The notes under the pieces: model-generated
Seen by the model: only the letters and a program-made list of their open reading frames with translations
Databases searched by the model: none
What the model was told of the DNA's origin: nothing
Source: an uncultured bacterium
GTDB lineage: Bacteria > Bacillota_I > Bacilli_A > RF39 > UBA660
DNA: 64,000 bases
Reading direction: 5' to 3'
Assembly: GCA_949291455.1 (NCBI GenBank)
Contig: CASEVQ010000001.1
Span: forward strand, 1,703-65,702
Program-made: the position numbers and the translations under genes
In this document: positions 57,867 to 64,000 of the stretch, one piece after another
Numbering within the stretch: the first letter of the stretch is position 1
How the letters are laid out: each line of letters starts with the position of its first letter

Positions 57867-59071
57867 TACTTTAACTCATTATTTATTAAATCTTTATAAT
57901 CCTGAACTCCAGGTTGATTAAAAGGATTAACATCTAAAAGAATTGCTCCTATAATAGAAGACAAAATAAAGAAATAAATAAGTTCACCTATTGTATGTTC
58001 ATTTTTTTCATCAATAGTAATTATATTGCTTGGTGTATGCCCATTACTATGAGCAAGTGCAACTTTATCTAAAGCTATTCGATTCAAATTATTAAGCTCA
58101 ATATCATATTGTTCTAAAGCTATTTTAAAGTCTTTATCAATTCCTATAACCGTTTCAAATATAATATCACTTCCATCCTGAAAAAATTGCCCCAAAGAAT
58201 GTAAATCTCTAGTATTTACGCAGGAAATAGGAAGTATTCCCTTAGAATCTTTCCCTTGCGTCTCTGCAAATAATTGCTTTAACCACTCAGTAAAATAATA
58301 TAACTTATTATTATATACAGTAAAAGACTCTATATATTTATGTTTATGATACAAAATGTCTCTAATAATAGCATATTCTATAGCTCTATCAACTTTATCA
58401 AAAGATTCACGAGCACCATCTAAAATTTTCGCAACATTAAACCCTGCTACCGAAATAGGTAAAAGCCCTACAGGAGTAAAAACTGAAAACCTACCACCAA
58501 TATTCTTAGGTATCGTAAATGATATAAAGTCTTTTTCATTAACTAATTTTCGTAAATCACCATCTTCTGAATCAGTAGTTATTATTATTCTATTTTTTAA
58601 TTCATCTAAAGAATATTTCTTTTCCATCATTTCCATTATCAAAGAAAATGCTATAGAAGGCTCTAACGTAGTACCAGATTTAGAAATAACATTAACTATA
58701 ACCTTTTTATCTTCTAAATAATTAATAGTTTCATAATATTCTTCTGCAGTTAAATTAGTTCCTAAAAAAATTATTTCAGGCTTTTTTCTGTGATATAAAG
58801 GAGATAAAGCTTCGATAACAGCCTTACTCCCCATATATGATCCACCAATACCTATAACTAAGAATACATCACAATTTTCTTTAATAAAATCAGTTAAATT
58901 AATAAGTTTAATAAGCTCTTTTTTAGATATAAAAGTATCTAACTTATTCCAATAAGATAAATCACCACTAACAAATCTTTCTTTTATACTTTTAGCTTTA
59001 TCTAAATAAATAATTTTATCTTCCTTTTTTATATATTTTTTTATATATTTATGAAAATCAAAATTAATCAT
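57866..59071 (-). CDS. pgi: glucose-6-phosphate isomerase
   Basis: GIGGSYMGSKA, SKSGTT.E and GGRFSV blocks. Confidence 0.88.
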   Translation of the reverse strand: MINFDFHKYIKKYIKKEDKIIYLDKAKSIKERFVSGDLSYWNKLDTFISKKELIKLINLTDFIKENCDVFLVIGIGGSYMGSKAVIEALSPLYHRKKPEIIFLGTNLTAEEYYETINYLEDKKVIVNVISKSGTTLEPSIAFSLIMEMMEKKYSLDELKNRIIITTDSEDGDLRKLVNEKDFISFTIPKNIGGRFSVFTPVGLLPISVAGFNVAKILDGARESFDKVDRAIEYAIIRDILYHKHKYIESFTVYNNKLYYFTEWLKQLFAETQGKDSKGILPISCVNTRDLHSLGQFFQDGSDIIFETVIGIDKDFKIALEQYDIELNNLNRIALDKVALAHSNGHTPSNIITIDEKNEHTIGELIYFFILSSIIGAILLDVNPFNQPGVQDYKDLINNELK

Positions 59072-62000
59072 TTAATTCCTCCTAATATTTACTACAACAG
59101 CATGAATTCTTTTATCATTCTTTAAAGTAACAAAATCTTTAGTTAGCTTATCACCATCTAAAACAATATCATTATTATCGGTAAAATTAACCTTTATTTT
59201 ATAAAGCGTATCAAAATATCTATACTCAATTTCATAATAATCCCAAATATCTGGTACAGAAGGTGTAAACTTAAGAGTATTTCCTTCTTTTTTCAATCCC
59301 AATATTTGCGTTATTCCTATATTATAAAACCAACCACTACTTCCTGTATACCAAGTCCATCCACCACGTCCAGGATTTTGCTTGTTACTATAAATATCTG
59401 CTGCTATAACATATGGTTCAACTTTATAACGTTTTACATCATTTTTAGTAAGTGTTCTATTAATTGGATTTATCATTTGATAATAATCATAAGCTAACTC
59501 TTTAGCACCTAATTTAATAAGAGCCATAATATACCAAATAGTAGCATGAGTATATTGCCCACCATTTTCTCTAATACCTTCTGGATAATCCATAATATAA
59601 CCAGGATTATCAATAGATTTTGCAAATGGAGGAGTAAGCAATTTAATGATTTTTAAATCACTATCAACAAGGTTTTCCTCAACAGATTTAACAACAGAAT
59701 TTATCTTATCCTTTGTAATAACATCAGACAATATTGAAAAACTTTGACAGATTAGATCAATTTTACACTCGTCATTTAAATGAGAACCTAAAGTACTACC
59801 ATTATCAAAGAATGCTCTTAAATAATAATCACCATCCCAAGCTACATTATTTAAAGAATACTTCAATTTATCTAAAAAAGTAATATATTTCTTAGTACCT
59901 AACTTTTTAGTCTTTTTAACAAGCTCAATAAAATCACTAATTATATAATACAAGAAAAATCCAAGCCAAACACTAGTTCCAGAACCTTTAATTCCTACTT
60001 TATTCATACCATCGTTCCAATCGCCACCACCCATTAATGGAAGACCATTTTCACCAATTTCATTCATTGATTTTTCAATAGAAATTAAACAATGTTCGTA
60101 TATAGTTGCTGTATTAGTCGTATAACTATAAGTTATTCCACGTTCTTCTTCGTCATCACTTAACATTTGTCCACAAACAAACTCAACTTGTTCATCAAGG
60201 AACTTATAATCACCACTTATTTTTATATACTGATTAACTGCATATACTAACCATAAGAAATCATCTTTATATCTACTTCTAAGCCCTAATTGAATAATTT
60301 CATGCCACCAATGTAATACATCACCTTGAATAAACTGATGTTTGGCATTTTCTATAATTTGTCTCTTGGTCAAATTCTCATCAACAATAGAAATATTAAC
60401 TGCATCTTGTAACTGATCCCTATAACCAAAAGCTCCACCTACTTGATAAAATCCTGCTTTAGCATTAAGCCTCGAAGATATAGTTTGATACAAATACCAA
60501 CCATTTAAAATTGTATTAAAACTTTTATCTGGAGTTTTAATCTTAATCTTACCTAACTTTGTTAACCAATCTTTTTCAACTAACAAAAGCTCATTATTAA
60601 TCTTTTCATTATCAGAATACTTATTAATTAAATTTAAAACATTATCATTACCAATCTCTGTTCCAAGAAGAAAAGAAAATTCTTTAACTTCATTTGGATC
60701 AAAATCAAGTTCAACATCAATAGATTTAAAAATTATTTTATCTATAGAATAATTATTAATAGGTAAAGTTGAACTAATAAAAGCAGTAACTCCTGAAAAA
60801 TTTGTATTATAAACATTTCTAATAAGAACTGAATTCATCTCTTGATAATAATCTGTTAATAAATAACGACTAGATTTTTCTTCATTAGGTCCAAATGTAG
60901 GATTAATCCAAAAAGTTAATTTATATTTTTTATTAGCTTTACATTTATTTTTAAACTTTACTTTATAAAATTTAATCGTATCACTATTACTAACAAAATG
61001 TGTAGTATCAAAACTATAATCGGAAGTATTATGAATAAAAGTTGTATAACCAAATCCATGAATTGCTCTTATCGGATTAACCACTTTATCATCAACTTTA
61101 ATCCCTTCTGACTTATCATTTAATACTATATCATTAGTCCAAGAAGTAATCTTAAACATTTGACTATTGTATGCATAAGTAAAACCGCATTCATTATTTG
61201 TAACAATACTTCCAAATTTATCATTCGAAATAACATTACACCAAGGAGTAGGAGTATCAGGATTTGTAATTATATATTCATTACCATTTTCTGAAAATCC
61301 ACCATAACCATTATAAAATAATAAATTTTTAGTATCGAAATCATCATCAACACTTTTCTCATACTTAATTGGTTCATAACTAATCATTGTATTTTCTTTT
61401 TGTAATATAGCAATACTTTCCTCTAGAGAAGTACTTCTTCTACTATCAAAACGTAGCCTTGCAACCATATTAAGTAAAATTGTCTCCTGCTCATTAACAT
61501 CATTTTCATCCAATACAAATATCTCACCCGGAGTAGCCATAAAATCATAAAGAGTATTCATTCGATATTTTTCTTTTTCAATTTCTCTTTTAATAATTGA
61601 TTTATACTCATCCTTTTCTCGATTAATTATAACAACATCGACAAAAATTGCCCTACTTTTATAATATTCATAAGCTCTTAACACTTCTTTTGCTAAATTC
61701 AAAGATTCACTTTCATTAATTTCTACTAATATTATTGGATAATCACCAGTAATTCCATACTTCCATAAATTAGTTTGATTCATACTATTCTTTGTTAAAA
61801 TATCTTTTCTTTCAGAATTAATAAAATGTCTACTTGTCTGATATAAATAATTAAGCATAACATTATAGTGCCTCATATCAGGACCATTTATTCCCAACAG
61901 TTTAGTATTAATATTATTAGCTAAAGTTGCATATTTAAATGCTACATTTATTTTAGCTGTTGTATCGTATGACTCTAAAATATCATAAATTTGTTCTTTT

Positions 62001-64000
62001 GATTTACTATAACCATTAATAAAATATACAATTTTTTCTGAATTTTTAGGTAAAACAAGCTTCGTTCTCAAACTAATAACAGGGTCAATATTCGTACCAA
62101 CTGTATTTGATAAATCATTTTTTGTAAGTGCTAAAGGATAATCTGTATTTCGATTTCTACCAATAAAATTAGCTCTTTCAGTTTCATAACTTATTTGAAA
62201 ATCATTATCTTCTACTAACAATCTATTAACTAAATATTGAACTGTTTTCTTTTTATTATTCTTTCTATACATAATAACTGCTTGATGTAATTCATCGTAT
62301 TCACTTCCTATAAATAAATTTTTAAAAGTACGATGTGTAACATCTTCAATATTTTCAATAATTATTGGTTCTGTATAAGTAGTTAATTCTATAGTTTTAT
62401 CTTGATTTAAATTATTTTTCAAAGTTACTTTTCTTATTTCAGCATTATGTTCTTTTGTAACAATTATTTCTGTCTTAGTAGTAATACCTCCATCTTGTCT
62501 AATAAAATTAATTCTATCACTAGCAAAAACAATGTTATACTTGTCTGGTTTAACATTTGTAGGAGCATAGGTATTAGACCAGAATTTACCACTACTAGTA
62601 TCTTTAATATATAAAAACATACCATAATCTTGCTCAGTTATCTTTCTATAACGATTAAGTTGAGTCTTTTTATATCTACTAAAACCATTACCTCTATCAT
62701 TTATAAGTAATAAATAATTATTATTAGATAAAACAGATACTTCTGGAATCAATGACAAATAATTAAACTCACGAATATCATTTTCAACTTTTTCTTTTTC
62801 GTAATTATACTTTTTATATCCATAAATCTTCAAATCTATTACAGGATTTAATTGAACTTTCTCTTTTAGCAATATTTCAATAGATTGAACTCTAACATCA
62901 TTATGGAAATAATTTCTAATTACATCTTTCTTTAAATAATTAGCTAAGCTTGCTAAAATCATACCTTGATGATGTGCAAAATATGAAAGAACAATCTCTT
63001 TATCATCGTAATCATATGATTCAAAAAAGCCAAAATCACCATAAAGTCCAATCTCTTTTAATCTAATAATGTTATCATATACCGCTCTAGGATTAGTAGT
63101 TATTGCTAAAATAGAAGCATATGGAGAAATAACTATTTCTTGCTCTTTATCTTCTTGAACTTTCAAATATGGTGTAGAAAAAGCCTTATATTTATAATTT
63201 AAACCATCATCTAATTCACCATAAGCAGACTCAGATATTCCCCAAGGCATACTTGAATCTACTTCTTTCATATATTCTTTTTGACAATACAAAGCAAAGA
63301 AATAACTTTCATCCAATAAAGTATTTGGATAACTTTTCATAAAAATTGCTGGCATAAAATATTCAAAAGAAGTTCCAGACCAAGAAGTAAGACCTTTATA
63401 TTTTTTAAATCTTGTCAAAGATTTATCAAGGCAAAGCCAATGCTTAGATGGAACATCACCTTTTGCAATAGCTACAAATCCTAAAATTCTACTTTCACTA
63501 GCGAATTTATTATAATTATATATTGATAATTTTTCTTCTGTAGCATTATAAGCAACACTAAATACATCTTTATTAGTATATAATCTTGAAAAATCCATAT
63601 TATCAAATAATTTTTCAATACGACTACTTAATTCATTATTTCCAATGTCATTAACAAATTCTTTAGCAACTAACAAACACGCTGCCAAATTACCGTTATC
63701 AACAGAAGATACATCATATGGATATATTTTTTGCATTGTCTTAATATCATACCAATTATATATAAAACCATTCCATTTTTCCAATTTTTCAATAGAAGTA
63801 ATAACATTATCAATTAACTTAATCGCAGCATCACTTTTTATAAAATCCAATTTACAAGCTGATACTATAGCAACAATTGACATTCCAATATCAGTCGGAG
63901 AAGTCTTATAATCTTCTTTTATTTCACGATTAATCTGATAATTATCTGGAATTAAATAATTATTAGAACTTGTTAACAAATTGCTAAAATATAACCAAGT
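59072..64000 (-). CDS. GH94 glycosyl phosphorylase/cyclic beta-1,2-glucan synthase-like giant protein, C-terminal >1,630 codons (5' end beyond window)
   Basis: The frame stays open to the window edge. GH94-type catalytic region with GGAFGYRDQLQD, HWWHE and GGGDWNDGMN. Confidence 0.8.
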   Translation of the reverse strand, partial: TWLYFSNLLTSSNNYLIPDNYQINREIKEDYKTSPTDIGMSIVAIVSACKLDFIKSDAAIKLIDNVITSIEKLEKWNGFIYNWYDIKTMQKIYPYDVSSVDNGNLAACLLVAKEFVNDIGNNELSSRIEKLFDNMDFSRLYTNKDVFSVAYNATEEKLSIYNYNKFASESRILGFVAIAKGDVPSKHWLCLDKSLTRFKKYKGLTSWSGTSFEYFMPAIFMKSYPNTLLDESYFFALYCQKEYMKEVDSSMPWGISESAYGELDDGLNYKYKAFSTPYLKVQEDKEQEIVISPYASILAITTNPRAVYDNIIRLKEIGLYGDFGFFESYDYDDKEIVLSYFAHHQGMILASLANYLKKDVIRNYFHNDVRVQSIEILLKEKVQLNPVIDLKIYGYKKYNYEKEKVENDIREFNYLSLIPEVSVLSNNNYLLLINDRGNGFSRYKKTQLNRYRKITEQDYGMFLYIKDTSSGKFWSNTYAPTNVKPDKYNIVFASDRINFIRQDGGITTKTEIIVTKEHNAEIRKVTLKNNLNQDKTIELTTYTEPIIIENIEDVTHRTFKNLFIGSEYDELHQAVIMYRKNNKKKTVQYLVNRLLVEDNDFQISYETERANFIGRNRNTDYPLALTKNDLSNTVGTNIDPVISLRTKLVLPKNSEKIVYFINGYSKSKEQIYDILESYDTTAKINVAFKYATLANNINTKLLGINGPDMRHYNVMLNYLYQTSRHFINSERKDILTKNSMNQTNLWKYGITGDYPIILVEINESESLNLAKEVLRAYEYYKSRAIFVDVVIINREKDEYKSIIKREIEKEKYRMNTLYDFMATPGEIFVLDENDVNEQETILLNMVARLRFDSRRSTSLEESIAILQKENTMISYEPIKYEKSVDDDFDTKNLLFYNGYGGFSENGNEYIITNPDTPTPWCNVISNDKFGSIVTNNECGFTYAYNSQMFKITSWTNDIVLNDKSEGIKVDDKVVNPIRAIHGFGYTTFIHNTSDYSFDTTHFVSNSDTIKFYKVKFKNKCKANKKYKLTFWINPTFGPNEEKSSRYLLTDYYQEMNSVLIRNVYNTNFSGVTAFISSTLPINNYSIDKIIFKSIDVELDFDPNEVKEFSFLLGTEIGNDNVLNLINKYSDNEKINNELLLVEKDWLTKLGKIKIKTPDKSFNTILNGWYLYQTISSRLNAKAGFYQVGGAFGYRDQLQDAVNISIVDENLTKRQIIENAKHQFIQGDVLHWWHEIIQLGLRSRYKDDFLWLVYAVNQYIKISGDYKFLDEQVEFVCGQMLSDDEEERGITYSYTTNTATIYEHCLISIEKSMNEIGENGLPLMGGGDWNDGMNKVGIKGSGTSVWLGFFLYYIISDFIELVKKTKKLGTKKYITFLDKLKYSLNNVAWDGDYYLRAFFDNGSTLGSHLNDECKIDLICQSFSILSDVITKDKINSVVKSVEENLVDSDLKIIKLLTPPFAKSIDNPGYIMDYPEGIRENGGQYTHATIWYIMALIKLGAKELAYDYYQMINPINRTLTKNDVKRYKVEPYVIAADIYSNKQNPGRGGWTWYTGSSGWFYNIGITQILGLKKEGNTLKFTPSVPDIWDYYEIEYRYFDTLYKIKVNFTDNNDIVLDGDKLTKDFVTLKNDKRIHAVVVNIRRN

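Overview
Very AT-rich chromosome segment from a Bacillota-type organism. It uses genetic code 11: TGA acts as a stop (e.g. 11183-11185) and all ribosomal-protein ORFs are full length. No homology search was possible, so every call rests on motifs I can read, operon context and junction reconstruction.

CORE (25.1-64 kb, almost all on the minus strand):
- rpsI-rplM-truA, followed by a strongly degenerate ECF-like ABC module.
- rplQ-rpoA-rpsK-rpsM-rpmJ-infA-map-adk-secY and the complete spc and S10 ribosomal operons. There is no rpmD.
- Housekeeping genes: prepilin-like protein, S41 peptidase, cdaA-cdaR, a GT2 glycosyltransferase, tRNA-Thr(CGU), gmk, an SPFH protein and pgi.
- The C-terminal >1,630 codons of a GH94 cyclic-beta-1,2-glucan-synthase-like giant gene, which runs off the window.

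ACCESSORY (0.3-24.8 kb), the interesting part: three separate large-serine-recombinase (LSR) elements sit inside two host genes.
- An SsuB/TauB-like ABC ATPase gene is cut into three pieces.
  - Element 1 is 3.6 kb and carries an LSR, a Bro-N/DinD-like gene and small ORFs.
  - Element 2 is 5.7 kb and carries an LSR plus a sortase/VWA-adhesin surface module.
- The sporulation-type amidase gene cwlD lies next to rpsI, as in Bacillus. It is cut inside its DAGH|GG zinc motif by element 3.
  - Element 3 is a 10.8-kb mobilisable element with an LSR, a frameshifted MobV relaxase, Rep-like wHTH proteins and an XRE regulator.
  - It also carries an orphan 1,647-aa protein with about 12 N-terminal repeats, a Cys-rich core and a C-terminal HD domain.
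- For all three elements the crossover dinucleotide can be read directly. In-silico excision restores intact ORFs of 250 and 229 codons.

The cwlD interruption has the same architecture as the skin element in sigK, and this is my top candidate for an undescribed system. The orphan HD giant and two sortase/substrate pairs that lack both LPXTG and the catalytic Arg are the next most notable items.
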